A DNA stretch of 64,000 nucleotides from Luteibacter sp. (GCF_036499525.1 NZ_DASYDO010000069.1:56790-120789), one strand, 5' to 3'. Shown: positions 23,363 to 34,049, counted from the first letter of the stretch. Made by a program: numbers and translations. Notes: generated by a model from the letters alone, not told the origin.

Positions 23363-23389
23363 AAAAAACCCGGCGCGAGGCCGGGTTTT
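23363..23389 (-). terminator. Intrinsic terminator downstream of tRNA-Val
   Basis: aaaacccggc-gcgag-gccgggtttt hairpin with A/T tails. Confidence 0.8.
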
Positions 23390-23398
23390 CGAAATCGA

Positions 23399-23473
23399 TG
23401 GTGGGCGGTACAAGGATCGAACTTGTGACACCTGCCGTGTGAAGGCAGTGCTCTACCGCTGAGCTAACCGCCC
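23399..23473 (-). tRNA. tRNA-Val (CAC)
   Basis: Reverse complement GGGCGGTTAGCTCAGCGGTAGAGCACTGCCTTCACACGGCAGGTGTCACAAGTTCGATCCTTGTACCGCCCACCA: cloverleaf, anticodon CAC, CCA end. Confidence 0.95.
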
Positions 23474-23524
23474 ATCGAGCTGGGCATTTTAAGGGCTTGC
23501 CCGAGGCAGGTCAATCACCCGGGA

Positions 23525-24127
23525 CTACCCCGCCGACAGGCAACTCGCGGAACTGGTCAGCTTCGTATTGATCAGCGAGCCGGAGACTCCCAGTGCCACC
23601 CGCGAGCCCGGAGATTCGCTGTTGTTCTCGCCCGGATCCTTCGTCTTTCCGGCCTGGCGGGAGCAGAAAACGAACTCCATGGCCGTCCGCGTGCCGTTGG
23701 TAGCCGGGAGACCGGTCTGCCCGAAGGTCAGCACGTCGCCGTCCGTCGCCTGGATGGATACGTCCGAGGTAATAGGTGTGGTCCGCAGCAACTCGTGCGT
23801 CGAATCGCTGGCATCGTAGGTCTGATTGGGGCCGTCCGCCGTGGCGTCGTAAGCGTAGATGATGTAACCGACGTCGTAATTCGACCCGTCGTTCGCGCAT
23901 TCCTTGCCATCGATGCTGCGGCACACCGAGACGAACTTGTGGCGCATCGCCGCCTCGGAGCGCGCAAACTGGAGGTCGCCCACCAGCGTATTGACGCTGT
24001 CGCTGAGGTGGGCCCGGCGCATCGTCCCACGGAAGGTCGGCACGGCGATGGCCATGAGCACGGCCAGCACGGTCACCGTGACGATCAGCTCGAGGATCGT
24101 GAAGCCCTTGTTCTTCCGGATAGTCAT
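23525..24127 (-). CDS. fimT: GspH/FimT-family minor pilin
   Basis: KGFTILELIVTV prepilin motif; LQFARSEA FimT motif. Confidence 0.85.
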   Translation of the reverse strand: MTIRKNKGFTILELIVTVTVLAVLMAIAVPTFRGTMRRAHLSDSVNTLVGDLQFARSEAAMRHKFVSVCRSIDGKECANDGSNYDVGYIIYAYDATADGPNQTYDASDSTHELLRTTPITSDVSIQATDGDVLTFGQTGLPATNGTRTAMEFVFCSRQAGKTKDPGENNSESPGSRVALGVSGSLINTKLTSSASCLSAG

Positions 24128-24134
24128 CGCCGCG

Positions 24135-24563
24135 TCACCAGCAACGGCCGTTGGCCGTGTTCAACCCGGACTGCGACTTATTGCCGCGCGAATCCAATGT
24201 CAGGTCGCCGCAGCTGTCGCCCTTCTGGCTGCCGGCCGCCTGGGCGGTGGCAATGTAACCCGTCGCGAACGTCGTACCGTCGAGTTGCTCGAGCTTGATC
24301 TTGTAATAGCCGCCAGCGCTCACGTCCGAAGCGAACTTCAGGTCTGTCACCGGATCCTGCGCGTACTTGTTGTATGTGGCGTAGTAACGCTCCTGCGCAT
24401 TGGCGAGGCGAAGCAGCAGCTCCTGCCCTTCGCCGCGACGCGCGCGGAACGTGTACTTTGTGTAGGAAGGCAAGGCGATCATCACGAGCACCGCGATCAC
24501 GGTGACCACGATCATCAACTCGATCAGGGTGAAACCCTTCTCCGGCAATCGGAACCGACGCAT
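24135..24563 (-). CDS. pilE: Type IV minor pilin PilE
   Basis: KGFTLIELMIVV; ARRGEGQELL...QERYY; C-terminal CGDLTLD...CW. Confidence 0.88.
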   Translation of the reverse strand: MRRFRLPEKGFTLIELMIVVTVIAVLVMIALPSYTKYTFRARRGEGQELLLRLANAQERYYATYNKYAQDPVTDLKFASDVSAGGYYKIKLEQLDGTTFATGYIATAQAAGSQKGDSCGDLTLDSRGNKSQSGLNTANGRCW

Positions 24564-24579
24564 CGGCACGCTCCCCCTG

Positions 24580-27500
24580 TTACAGGCCATTGTTGAGCTC
24601 CCGCCAGGAGCGGCGGCGCCAGACTGCGTCGTCGATGCCGAACGAGTTGCCGCCTTCGCCACCACCGCCACCGCCACCATCGCTGTTGATGATAAGTCCA
24701 GGCAAGACGATCCTGCCGCCGCCAATGGAGGTGGCTGCGGGCAACGATCCCGAAATCGGCACGTTCTCCACCCGGATACCCGCCGCGACGGTTCCGCTAC
24801 CGAAACTGCCCGACCCGACATCCACGCCGCTGGCCGCGCCACCGGTGGCCGCATCGATCACGAGGATGGCGCCGCGGCGAACCGGATTGCAGGGATCGTC
24901 GTTCCCTGGAATGAGGCTCGTGATGATCGCGCGGCCGCTATCGAAGAGGGCCGTGGCATCGACTACCACGCGCTCGCCCTTGTTGGTTTGCGACGCGCCC
25001 GACCCGGTCTTCAGGTCGATGTACCAGCCGTCGATGGTGTCTCCCTCCTCGGAAGTGGCTGGGACCGGCCGCTGGGTCAGCCCGCGCGCGTCACCCGACT
25101 CCGACAGGAGCTGCGGGATCAGCGTAGAGCGCCCTGCCACGGTGACACTGTCCGGACCCCGATCGCGGATGCCGTAGACCGACTGCACCTTGGTCGCGTC
25201 CGTGGCGGTATTGTCGGTCACGCTAAGGTACTTGCCGGTGCCGAAGACCACCATGAAACGGGAGGACGTCGGGTCCGGGAACAGGCGGGGCATGACTGTG
25301 ATCGGCTGGTCTTCCGGAGCCGGATTGCCATCGGTCCCGTCGCCGTTCGGTTTGTAGAGAAGCTTCACCTTCCAATTGGCGGGGTCCGCGTCGGAGAGAT
25401 CGAAGCGCCAGAGATTGCCCACGAGGTCGCCCGCGAAGGCGACGTCGTCCACCTGGTCGTTTTCGTAGTCGCCGATGACGGGAGTGGACAAGCCATAGCT
25501 GGTATCGCCATCCGGAGTAACCAGCTCTTTGATCACCTCACCGGTTTGGGCATCCAGCACGAACAGCGAACTCTGAGTACGTTTTGCCGCGTCGTCGGAA
25601 GCGTACTTATCGTACGGCTTGCTCGTCGTATCCGACGGGAAATAGCCCGACGGAACAAGCACCACCCACTTACCATTGGCCAGTCGGCCGATATTCGGGC
25701 GACCGTAGGTGTATCCGAGGTTCGCACCACCCGTGCTGGTGTTGTTGAACTCCCAGAGGACCTTCGTTTTCGCATCCGCTTCGGACGCGGATGCTTCGGT
25801 GACATCGAGCGCATACACGCCGCGGCCGCCCAGGCGGAGTCCGCCAACCAGGATCGTATGCCAACCCTTGTCGCCGTTACGGAAGAAGACGTCCCTGGTC
25901 ACGGGCGCGCCGTCGACCGTCGGGCGGAAGGTGAAATTCGAAACCGGCGTGAGGTAGCTCAGCTTGTCGTAGACGGTGAACGGCACATAGGCCCAGCGCT
26001 CCTTGCCCGGATTTGGCGGCAGGTCGAATTCGTCGGACTTGGTCGAAGGCAGCGTCGCGTCGAATGCGTGCAACATGCCGTCGTTGGCACCGACATAGAC
26101 GGTGGGCGCACGCTTGGCATGGTCGCTGACGAATTTCTCGTAGCTGTACTTCAGGGCTCCGTTCTCGGTCTCCATTTCGGCGGAGCCCGCCGGAAACGTG
26201 TCCTTGTAACCACCGGTGGGGGCGCCGACGTACGCGACCTGTGAATTGATGATCGCGCCCAGCGTAGAGGCGCGCACGCGGAACAGCGTGCCCTCGTTGG
26301 AGGTATCGCCCCGGAGGTAAGCGATCATGTTGGCGTCGATGGTCGGGTCGGCGGCCGTGAGAGCAGTGCCCGCCCCCGTGCTGGTGAAGGCGGCGCCGTT
26401 CCCTGCTCCCACCGCCGTACTGGTGATGATGACACGGCTATCGCCCGCCTTGGCGCGCGCCGCCAGCAAGTCGCCCGCGCTCCAAAGGGCGTTGGTGCTG
26501 ACGTTGCCGTCGACATCGACGGTCTTGGCCTTGAGCGAGCCGCTGTAGTTCGCGCTGTTGTATCCGGTTTCGTATACCACGCCATCGCCCGTCAGCACCG
26601 CGGTGCTCAGTGCACCCGGGGCACCCGAACTATTGCGGCCGAGGATGCGGCTGAGGAGCGTCTGCAGGGCAGTCGACAGCGTAGCGGGATCGCGCGCGCT
26701 GAAGTATTGGCCTCGGCTGTTGATCGCCGCGTGCCACGTGTCGTCCAGGTTCTCGGGAACTGTGTTGCCTTGGGTCGAAGGCTTCGGCCACTGCTTTGTG
26801 CCGGCGCGGAGTTGCGCATAGTCGCCGGGGAAGTTGAGCGTGCCACTGATGCCCAGTGCAATCATATACTGGACCACGTGCGGCCACGTGGCAACGTCGT
26901 TTGCAGGATTGAAATAGATCGAATCCGGCATGGTGCCCGTGCCATCCCACTTCACCGCTTTTCCGTTCTCGTCGGTATAGTCCGTGATCGACGGCGGCAC
27001 ATCGAGCTTGGCGGTTCCATCCGCTTTCTTGAAATCCGGACGCAGGTTGGTGGCCCAATAGTAGAGGGCGATATCCGCCATCGTGGTTATTCCCGATGTG
27101 GGAACATTCCAGAAGATCTTCGATGCAGTACTGCCGCCGGTACCCGGATAAGTCACCCCATCGGGCAAAGAGATCTTCCCGCGGGAGTAGTCGGCTGTGG
27201 GTGTCAGATTGCTAGCCGAGCCATTCCAATAACCGTCCGTCACCAGCAGGCTATAGTTCAGACGACAGCTCAGCTCGGAACCCTTGCTCGAATCGCTTGG
27301 ATCCACCTCCCAATAGGGGTTGGTGGAACCCTTAACACCCTTACCGTAGGAAAATACCTTACCAACGGCGTCGATTCTCGAACGGGATTCGGTACCGCTA
27401 TTGTTGCCCACCGCGTAGAGCCAGCTGAAGAATTGCAACCGCGAGTCGCCCGCGAATGGCTGAAACTTGGTCGTTCCCGTCGCGAGCTTCGTGCCTGTGT

Positions 27501-28269
27501 TGATGGTCTGCCAGACGACGCGGATATTTGATTTCAACGTAGCGAACACATTTGCAATGGCGCTGCGCGAGGAGAGGTTGCGGGTACGATAATAGCTGTA
27601 CCAGTTCGCAAAGTTCTGTTCCTCCGCATCCGTTATTGTGAAGAGAGTGCAATTCGAATTGCTGTTCACCGTCGGGCACTTGTAGTAGAACGCTGCGCTG
27701 CTGTTCTTGGGGCCGATCGATGTATCGATGTTCGCGGTACCCGGAAGGCTCGCGGCACGCGTGGGGCTCGTGGCCATGCCAAAACCCGAGCGGAAGTTCG
27801 ACGACAGGTCGACGAGGAAGGTGTCAGTGTCGTTCCTTCCCGCACAGGTCGTCACGGCGGCGCTGTTGGACCCATTCACCGCATAGCAGATGCCGTCTCT
27901 GGGTGCGTTCATGTACTTGGAGTCCGGGAAGCGGGTGACTCCGTCGGACTGCAACGGCGGCTGGTACGTGATGGCAGGGTTGTAATACTGCGAGTTACTG
28001 TTTGATGAGAAGTAATACTGCGTTTTTATCTTGCCGCTCGAGACCAGCGAGTCCAGCCCATCCGGTAGGTGCGTCGAACCCATCGAACCCGAATCGTCGA
28101 ACGTCACCGCGATGTTGGGCGCGACGCTGATCGCGACGTCCGGCGGGGTCGTGGCCAGATCGGTCGTATTCGCGTAGGCCGTCCCCATGGGCGCTGCCAG
28201 GCCGCAAAGCGCCAGCGTCGCGATGAAGGAACCGAAACCGTGGAGCTTTGATGTCGCAGACATGGTCAT
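24580..28269 (-). CDS. pilY1: Type IV pilus tip adhesin PilY1 with N-terminal vWA domain
   Basis: Signal peptide; FDDSGSM MIDAS-like motif; VYVGANDGMLHAFD, GLRLGGRGVYALD, AGDLVGNLWRFD beta-propeller motifs; start MTMSAT overlaps the pilX stop. Confidence 0.9.
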   Translation of the reverse strand: MTMSATSKLHGFGSFIATLALCGLAAPMGTAYANTTDLATTPPDVAISVAPNIAVTFDDSGSMGSTHLPDGLDSLVSSGKIKTQYYFSSNSNSQYYNPAITYQPPLQSDGVTRFPDSKYMNAPRDGICYAVNGSNSAAVTTCAGRNDTDTFLVDLSSNFRSGFGMATSPTRAASLPGTANIDTSIGPKNSSAAFYYKCPTVNSNSNCTLFTITDAEEQNFANWYSYYRTRNLSSRSAIANVFATLKSNIRVVWQTINTGTKLATGTTKFQPFAGDSRLQFFSWLYAVGNNSGTESRSRIDAVGKVFSYGKGVKGSTNPYWEVDPSDSSKGSELSCRLNYSLLVTDGYWNGSASNLTPTADYSRGKISLPDGVTYPGTGGSTASKIFWNVPTSGITTMADIALYYWATNLRPDFKKADGTAKLDVPPSITDYTDENGKAVKWDGTGTMPDSIYFNPANDVATWPHVVQYMIALGISGTLNFPGDYAQLRAGTKQWPKPSTQGNTVPENLDDTWHAAINSRGQYFSARDPATLSTALQTLLSRILGRNSSGAPGALSTAVLTGDGVVYETGYNSANYSGSLKAKTVDVDGNVSTNALWSAGDLLAARAKAGDSRVIITSTAVGAGNGAAFTSTGAGTALTAADPTIDANMIAYLRGDTSNEGTLFRVRASTLGAIINSQVAYVGAPTGGYKDTFPAGSAEMETENGALKYSYEKFVSDHAKRAPTVYVGANDGMLHAFDATLPSTKSDEFDLPPNPGKERWAYVPFTVYDKLSYLTPVSNFTFRPTVDGAPVTRDVFFRNGDKGWHTILVGGLRLGGRGVYALDVTEASASEADAKTKVLWEFNNTSTGGANLGYTYGRPNIGRLANGKWVVLVPSGYFPSDTTSKPYDKYASDDAAKRTQSSLFVLDAQTGEVIKELVTPDGDTSYGLSTPVIGDYENDQVDDVAFAGDLVGNLWRFDLSDADPANWKVKLLYKPNGDGTDGNPAPEDQPITVMPRLFPDPTSSRFMVVFGTGKYLSVTDNTATDATKVQSVYGIRDRGPDSVTVAGRSTLIPQLLSESGDARGLTQRPVPATSEEGDTIDGWYIDLKTGSGASQTNKGERVVVDATALFDSGRAIITSLIPGNDDPCNPVRRGAILVIDAATGGAASGVDVGSGSFGSGTVAAGIRVENVPISGSLPAATSIGGGRIVLPGLIINSDGGGGGGGEGGNSFGIDDAVWRRRSWRELNNGL

Positions 28270-28895
28270 TCGGCCTTCGCGGCAAACGTGGTTTCGATGA
28301 TGCGGATGGCATTGGGGTTGTTGCCCATGCCGCGCGCTGTGATGCGGTACAGGTGCCGGGCGGTGCTGGTGTTGCCCGTTCCCGTGGACGAGGTCACGCC
28401 AGACTCGTGTTGCGGACCCGAGTTCTGCGGCAGGTCGAGGCCGAGGTCCTCGATGATGTAGTAGGGATTGCTGCCCAGCGCGAACGTCTTGTCCGAGCTT
28501 GCCTTCGTGAGGTCCGTGGCGTCGTACTCCGTCGCGCCGTCCGTCACCCATCCGGTCGAATTGCGGAACACTTGTACCTTGGAGGTCGCCGGTGCATCGG
28601 GATCGTACTGGTAGCAGCTCGAGTACGCGCCGCTGCCGCACTGGATCTGTGCCGAGTTGCTCGAGCTGGAACGCCACAGGCGCCATTCCACGCCGCGGAT
28701 GGCGGACTCGGCGCTCCACTCGGCAAGCTGCGCGTTGCGCAAGCCGCCGGCGAGCTTCTGCTGCAGCAGCGAGGTTCCCGAGGCGCTGACCGCGAGCATC
28801 GTGATCAGCAGCAGGAAGATCAGGGCGACGACGAGCACCACGCCACGCTGGTGGCGGGAGGCGTCGAAGCGTACCGGTGTGAGGTGTCGGTTCAT
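28266..28895 (-). CDS. pilX: Type IV minor pilin PilX
   Basis: QRGVVLVVALIFLLLITMLA (no Glu at +5); YIIEDL and YRITARG C-terminal motifs. Confidence 0.88.
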   Translation of the reverse strand: MNRHLTPVRFDASRHQRGVVLVVALIFLLLITMLAVSASGTSLLQQKLAGGLRNAQLAEWSAESAIRGVEWRLWRSSSSNSAQIQCGSGAYSSCYQYDPDAPATSKVQVFRNSTGWVTDGATEYDATDLTKASSDKTFALGSNPYYIIEDLGLDLPQNSGPQHESGVTSSTGTGNTSTARHLYRITARGMGNNPNAIRIIETTFAAKAE

Positions 28896-28913
28896 GGCGT
28901 CGTGTCCTCGCCG

Positions 28914-30239
28914 TTACGGGTTGTAGTTGCGCATCATGACGAGCGTGCCGAACTGTCGGCGCAGCATCTGGTTGGCGAAGCCCTGGTCGGCGGGCGCAAT
29001 GCCGTTGTCGCCGCGATCGTCGGGAGCTCTCGGCGTCGTATTGCCTTCGGGCGCATACGCATAGGCGATATCCGGACCCTGCAGCGTATAGAGAGGCGCC
29101 TGCCCATCCATCAGCAGGTTCACTTCCACCGTCTTCAGCGCGCGCCAGAGGCAGCCCTGGTCGGTCGCCGTCGAACCCGGCGGGCCTGTCGGACAATCGA
29201 TCGCCTTATCGGCGCGCGAGTCCACCTCGGCTGCGGTCAGGTAGTGCAGGAGGCCATTGCTATCCTCGACGCCGTAGCTGAAGTCCAGACGCTCGGCGCC
29301 GCGCACCAGTTCCTGGCACGCCGGCGTATTGCCACTGTCGCAGCGCATCAGTGCGCCCGTCTTGGCGCCTGTTTCCGTGCCGTCGTCGCTGACCACCTGG
29401 AGGAAATAGGTGATGGTGCGGAAATCGGTCTTCATCCGGAAGAAGCGCGGAGCCGACTGCGGTGTGAGCGCGCGCGGCGCGGAGAAATTACCCGCGGTAT
29501 CAACCGGCACGAAATCCGGATTGCCGGTGGTCTGGAAGATCTGCGCCGTGGAGCAGTCGGCCAGCATCATGAACTCGTTGTCGGCGATGCCGGTGAGCGG
29601 CTGCTCGCCCAATGCGAGCTTCGGCGCGATGTGGATCGAACTGACGACACCGTTGTTACCGACCACCGTACTAGCGCCGCCGATCGCCCAGCCGCGGCCT
29701 GAATCCACATAGCGCAGTTGCAACACCGCCGCTCCCTTCACGCGGTCGCCGACCTTGTCGCCCATGGCCGGAACGCCATCGTCCGCCGTCGGAGGGCTCG
29801 CAGGGGCACAGTCGCTCTTGGTGCAATCGAAACCACGCATGTAAAAGAACGACGGAAGCGAATAGGCTGCCGTGGGCTTCGCGGGATAGGGGTCGCCCCA
29901 GGGCGTGGTGTTCTGGGGAAACGTCAGGTCCTTGGCAAGCACGGTCGGCGAGCGCAGGGAGTCCAGTGCTACACCGCTTTTATCGGCCACTGTGGCCACG
30001 CCACTGGTCCCGCTGCAGTATTGCGCGCCCCCCATCTTCAGGTCGGTGGCGATGCGCGTGACCGCGAAGCGCCCTTCTTCCTGCAGGCGCGCCAACTGCG
30101 TCTGTGCGCGATTGCTCGACGAGGTCGACAGGAACACGGTGACGATGCCGCCCGCGACGATGAGGCCGAGCACCAGTGCCACCATCAGTTCGATCAGGGT
30201 GACACCGCGAATGCGCTGGAAGGATCGGAACGTGCTCAT
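28914..30239 (-). CDS. pilW: Type IV minor pilin PilW
   Basis: RGVTLIELMVAL; LQEEGRFA; ELVRGAERLDFSYGV motif. Confidence 0.88.
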   Translation of the reverse strand: MSTFRSFQRIRGVTLIELMVALVLGLIVAGGIVTVFLSTSSSNRAQTQLARLQEEGRFAVTRIATDLKMGGAQYCSGTSGVATVADKSGVALDSLRSPTVLAKDLTFPQNTTPWGDPYPAKPTAAYSLPSFFYMRGFDCTKSDCAPASPPTADDGVPAMGDKVGDRVKGAAVLQLRYVDSGRGWAIGGASTVVGNNGVVSSIHIAPKLALGEQPLTGIADNEFMMLADCSTAQIFQTTGNPDFVPVDTAGNFSAPRALTPQSAPRFFRMKTDFRTITYFLQVVSDDGTETGAKTGALMRCDSGNTPACQELVRGAERLDFSYGVEDSNGLLHYLTAAEVDSRADKAIDCPTGPPGSTATDQGCLWRALKTVEVNLLMDGQAPLYTLQGPDIAYAYAPEGNTTPRAPDDRGDNGIAPADQGFANQMLRRQFGTLVMMRNYNP

Positions 30240-30772
30240 GGCTCGAACACCCAGGTGAAGGATTGCAGGTTCCCGGAAGCGACCTTGTCGTCGCCTCCGG
30301 TGAGGCCGCGCTCGGCCCAGGTGATCGTCATCGTGCAGGTGCCGTTAAAGGGAGGCCGTTTGGAATACATCGATGAGTCGGGAGGGTTGCCGCCCTTCAC
30401 GCAGTTGATGCTGCTCGGTCCCACGGCAGGGAGCGAGTCCTTGAGTTGCTGGCTCCACACGACCTGGTCGCGCAGGGCGACCTCCGACGGTGTACAGCCT
30501 TTATCGCAGTCGGGCACCGTGTCGTCGATGGGGTATCCCGTGGAATTGTAATTGTCGTTCCACAGCCCCAACGGGTTCGCGCGCATGCGGTCGCCCATGG
30601 TGCCGGCCAGGAACGTGACCTGCGTGCGGACCAGAGCGGACGCGTTGGACTTCGTGGCGGTGATCAGGAGTCCGCCCAGGCCGATCAGGCCGACCGTGAA
30701 GATCAGCACCGCGACAAGGACTTCGATCATCGACACACCGCGCTGCACGCGCGGCGATGGGATGTGGATCAC
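30236..30772 (-). CDS. pilV: Type IV minor pilin PilV
   Basis: QRGVSMIEVLVAVLIF; DRMRANP; ITW motif; GTG start with upstream GGGGGAAG. Confidence 0.88.
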   Translation of the reverse strand: MIHIPSPRVQRGVSMIEVLVAVLIFTVGLIGLGGLLITATKSNASALVRTQVTFLAGTMGDRMRANPLGLWNDNYNSTGYPIDDTVPDCDKGCTPSEVALRDQVVWSQQLKDSLPAVGPSSINCVKGGNPPDSSMYSKRPPFNGTCTMTITWAERGLTGGDDKVASGNLQSFTWVFEP

Positions 30773-30824
30773 GCTGGCTTCCCCCCAACAACCATTTGGA
30801 CGACCTGACACTAACCAAGCCTGA

Positions 30825-31139
<315 letters not shown>

Positions 31140-31257
31140 ACCGCAATCGACCGACGCGACGCCGCGGGTTTCACAGACACGACGGCGTCGCCTCCGCATA
31201 ACGCAACGGTCACGAAAGCGCGGGGACAATGAGCGGGCTAAGAAGGGAGTTCGTTCC

Positions 31258-31518
31258 GTGCTCGCGCAGTATGTCTATTCGTCACCCGAAGCCCCGTTCC
31301 GCATCGTTAGCCACGGCCACCGCTGGCGCGCGCTGCGCGACGACGTCGAGGTCGGTCGGTACGACCTTCCCGAAGATGCCCTTCGCGATCTCCGCGATCG
31401 GCATGCGTCGGCGCGCCTGCCCCGCCGACTGTGCGATTGGCGATTCATTCCGGACGCGCCCTTGCGCCACCTGCCGCCGCCCAGTGCCGCGGTGATGGCG
31501 CGGCTGTCCGTGGCCTAG
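31258..31518 (+). CDS. Hypothetical protein (86 aa)
   Basis: GTG start after AAGGGAG; fills the gap between neighbours; no recognised motif. Confidence 0.5.
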   Translation: MLAQYVYSSPEAPFRIVSHGHRWRALRDDVEVGRYDLPEDALRDLRDRHASARLPRRLCDWRFIPDAPLRHLPPPSAAVMARLSVA

Positions 31519-31533
31519 TGGCTTGATGCCCGC

Positions 31534-32089
31534 CTATACGTGAAGCCGTTCGCGAGCCAGCATCGCGAACACCACGTCGTCCGTCCATTCGCCACGCACG
31601 AGGCAGCTTTCCACGTGGTGCGCTTCCTTGCGAAATCCCAGCGACCGCAGAAGCGCCATGCTCGCAACGTTGCGCGGGTCGACGGAACCCAGGGCGCGAC
31701 GATAGCCCCATGTGCCGAAGGCAAGATCAAGCATCGCGTTCAACGCTTCGTGCATACCCCCTACCCTGCCGCTCGGGCTTAAGTGTGACGCCGAATTCGA
31801 TGGCGTCGACATGGCTGCCGGGGAAGTGGATACCGAGGTCGCCGACCAGATCGCCGGATGGCCGTTCGCGGACGGCTAGCTGGAACCAGCTGTCGGGTTC
31901 GGCGAACGCCTGCACGTCCTGCTTCGCGATGAAGGCCTCGACCTCCGCCAGTTCGGCGGGCTTCCACCCCTGGAAGCGCGCCACTGCATCGTCCCCGCGA
32001 TAAGCGAGCAGCGATGGGGCATCGGCGGGCAAGAGCCGGTCCAGACGCAACCGGGGCGTGGCGATGGCGGTAAATTCGGGATGGTCCAT
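31534..32089 (-). pseudogene. Frameshifted RimJ/RimL-type GNAT acetyltransferase
   Basis: N-half TPRLRLDRL...EFGVTLKPERQGRGYA in one frame; C-half EALNAMLDLAF...VDPRNVASMALLRSLGFRKEA...GEWTDD in another; shift near 31750. Confidence 0.8.
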
Positions 32090-32138
32090 TCCGGTATCCT
32101 CAGCGGATTCGGCTTCCCCTGCAAGCAAAGGGACCCTC

Positions 32139-32270
32139 TTGAATACGATTTCCGGCGGCTGCCGCTGTGGGCAGGTGAGGTACGTGCTTTCCGTAGAGAC
32201 CTTGCCGGCAAGCTACGCCTGCCATTGCCTCGATTGCCAGACCTGGACGGGCGTCGCCTTCAGGAAATAA
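32139..32270 (+). pseudogene. Truncated GFA (CENP-V/GFA) family fragment
   Basis: GGCRCGQVRY and CHCLDCQ Zn motifs; stop after only 43 aa. Confidence 0.7.
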
Positions 32271-32334
32271 AACCGAACGGCGACTTTTACGGTTTCGGTC
32301 CCGCGAAAGCGCTTTCCCCGCGCAGTTTCTTTAC

Positions 32335-32362
32335 AAAAAAACCCGCGTGAGCGGGTTTTTTT
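32335..32362. terminator. Intrinsic (bidirectional) terminator downstream of tRNA-Thr
   Basis: aaaaaaacccgc-gtga-gcgggttttttt. Confidence 0.85.
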
Positions 32363-32405
32363 GTTTCCTCCGGGACCGCGCAGCGGCAGTCCGGGAAGTA
32401 ATCGG

Positions 32406-32481
32406 TGGTGCCGGAAATAGGAATCGAACCTACGACCTCATCATTACGAATGACGCGCTCTACCAACTGAGCTATTCCGGC
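32406..32481 (-). tRNA. tRNA-Thr (CGT)
   Basis: Reverse complement GCCGGAATAGCTCAGTTGGTAGAGCGCGTCATTCGTAATGATGAGGTCGTAGGTTCGATTCCTATTTCCGGCACCA. Confidence 0.95.
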
Positions 32482-32524
32482 GAGAAGCGGAATTCTAGGG
32501 GAAGCCCGGTGCGCGGTGCAACCC

Positions 32525-33466
32525 TCAGCCGGCCATCCTCAGCTCCTTGGGGAGCGCAAAAGTGATGTTCTCGGCCTCGCCGTCGAGTTCGCGGACGCTG
32601 CCAGAGCCCCAGGACTGCAGGCGGGCGATCACCTCCTGCACCAGCTTCTCCGGGGCCGACGCGCCGGCGGTCACGCCGATACGCGATTTGCCGTCCAGCC
32701 AGCTGCGCTCGATGTGCTCGGCACCGTCGATGAGGTAGGACGTGACGCCCTGCTTTTCGGCCAACTCCTTCAGTCGATTGGAATTGGAGCTGTTGACCGA
32801 GCCCACGACGAGCACGAGGTCTACGGCATCGGCAAGACGGCGCACGGCATCCTGACGGTTCTGTGTGGCGTAGCAGATATCGTCCTTGCGCGGGCCTTCG
32901 ATGGTGGCAAACCTCGCCCGCAGTGCACCGATGATGGCGATGGTGTCGTCCACCGATAGCGTGGTCTGGGTGACGAAGGCCAGCTTGTCCGGCTGGCTGG
33001 GGTGCAAGGCCGCGACGTCCTCCACGGATTCGACGAGGTAGATGATGCCGCTGTTGGCCGGGTTCCACTGCCCCATCGTGCCTTCCACCTCCGGATGCCC
33101 GGCATGGCCGATCAGCACCACGTCGTGGCCGGCGCGCCCGAGGCGCGCGACTTCCATGTGCACCTTGGTCACCAGCGGACAGGTGGCATCGAACACGTTG
33201 AGGCGACGGCGGTCGGCTTCTTCGCGCACGGACTTCGGCACGCCGTGGGCGCTGAAGATGACCGTGGAGCCATCGGGTACCTCGTCCAGCTCCTCGACGA
33301 ACACCGCGCCATCGGCGCGCAGGCGTTCCACGACGTAGCGGTTGTGCACGACCTCGTGGCGCACGTAGATGGGCGCGCCATAGGACTCGAGGGCGCGCTC
33401 GACGATGGCGATGGCGCGATCGACGCCGGCGCAGAAACCGCGGGGATTGGCGAGGACGATGTCCAA
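32525..33466 (-). CDS. ispH: 4-hydroxy-3-methylbut-2-enyl diphosphate reductase
   Basis: [46 protein letters not shown]; TTG start inferred. Confidence 0.95.
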   Translation of the reverse strand: MDIVLANPRGFCAGVDRAIAIVERALESYGAPIYVRHEVVHNRYVVERLRADGAVFVEELDEVPDGSTVIFSAHGVPKSVREEADRRRLNVFDATCPLVTKVHMEVARLGRAGHDVVLIGHAGHPEVEGTMGQWNPANSGIIYLVESVEDVAALHPSQPDKLAFVTQTTLSVDDTIAIIGALRARFATIEGPRKDDICYATQNRQDAVRRLADAVDLVLVVGSVNSSNSNRLKELAEKQGVTSYLIDGAEHIERSWLDGKSRIGVTAGASAPEKLVQEVIARLQSWGSGSVRELDGEAENITFALPKELRMAG

Positions 33467-33533
33467 GAGGAGCCTCGGGGCCACACGGGCCATGGTAGGG
33501 AACCCCGGCATTATCGCACGGCCCGGAATGGGT

Positions 33534-34049
33534 TCAGGGCGTGGCGGGCTTTTGCTGGCCGAACATGCTGAACACGATCAGGGCCACGGCGCCCACGCTG
33601 ATGGCTGAATCGGCGACGTTGAAGACCGGAAAGGGGTAGCTGCCCAGGAAGACCTGGATGAAATCGGTGACCTTGGCCGCATGCAACCGGTCAATGACGT
33701 TGCCGAAGGCCCCGCCGAGGATCAGCGACAGGGGCGCCGCGGTGCGCCAGTCGCCGCGTGGCGTGCGGGAAAGCCAAACGCCCAGGGTGGCGCTGACCGC
33801 CACGGCCAGGAGTACGAAGAACCAGCGCTGCCAGCCGGCGCTGTCCGCCAGGAAACTGAACGCCGCCCCCGTATTGAAGGTGAGCGTCCAGTTCAGTATC
33901 CCCGGGATTACCGCATGCGGCGTCTCTGCCGGCTGCAAGGCCATGAGCGCCCACCACTTCGTCAGCTGGTCGAGCGCGATCATGGCGGCGGCGAGCCAGA
34001 GCCATGACAGGGCGTTGGGTTTTGGGCGTACGGTCATTCGGGAAGCCAT
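33534..34049 (-). CDS. lspA: Lipoprotein signal peptidase II
   Basis: LDQLTK, NTGAAFS, GNVIDR, VTDF, FNVAD motifs. Confidence 0.95.
   Translation of the reverse strand: MASRMTVRPKPNALSWLWLAAAMIALDQLTKWWALMALQPAETPHAVIPGILNWTLTFNTGAAFSFLADSAGWQRWFFVLLAVAVSATLGVWLSRTPRGDWRTAAPLSLILGGAFGNVIDRLHAAKVTDFIQVFLGSYPFPVFNVADSAISVGAVALIVFSMFGQQKPATP

Noticed and set aside
28270-29196. N-terminal extension of PilY1 (1538-aa ORF)
   Set aside because: It overlaps pilX and pilW in another frame; the real start with a signal peptide is at 28269.
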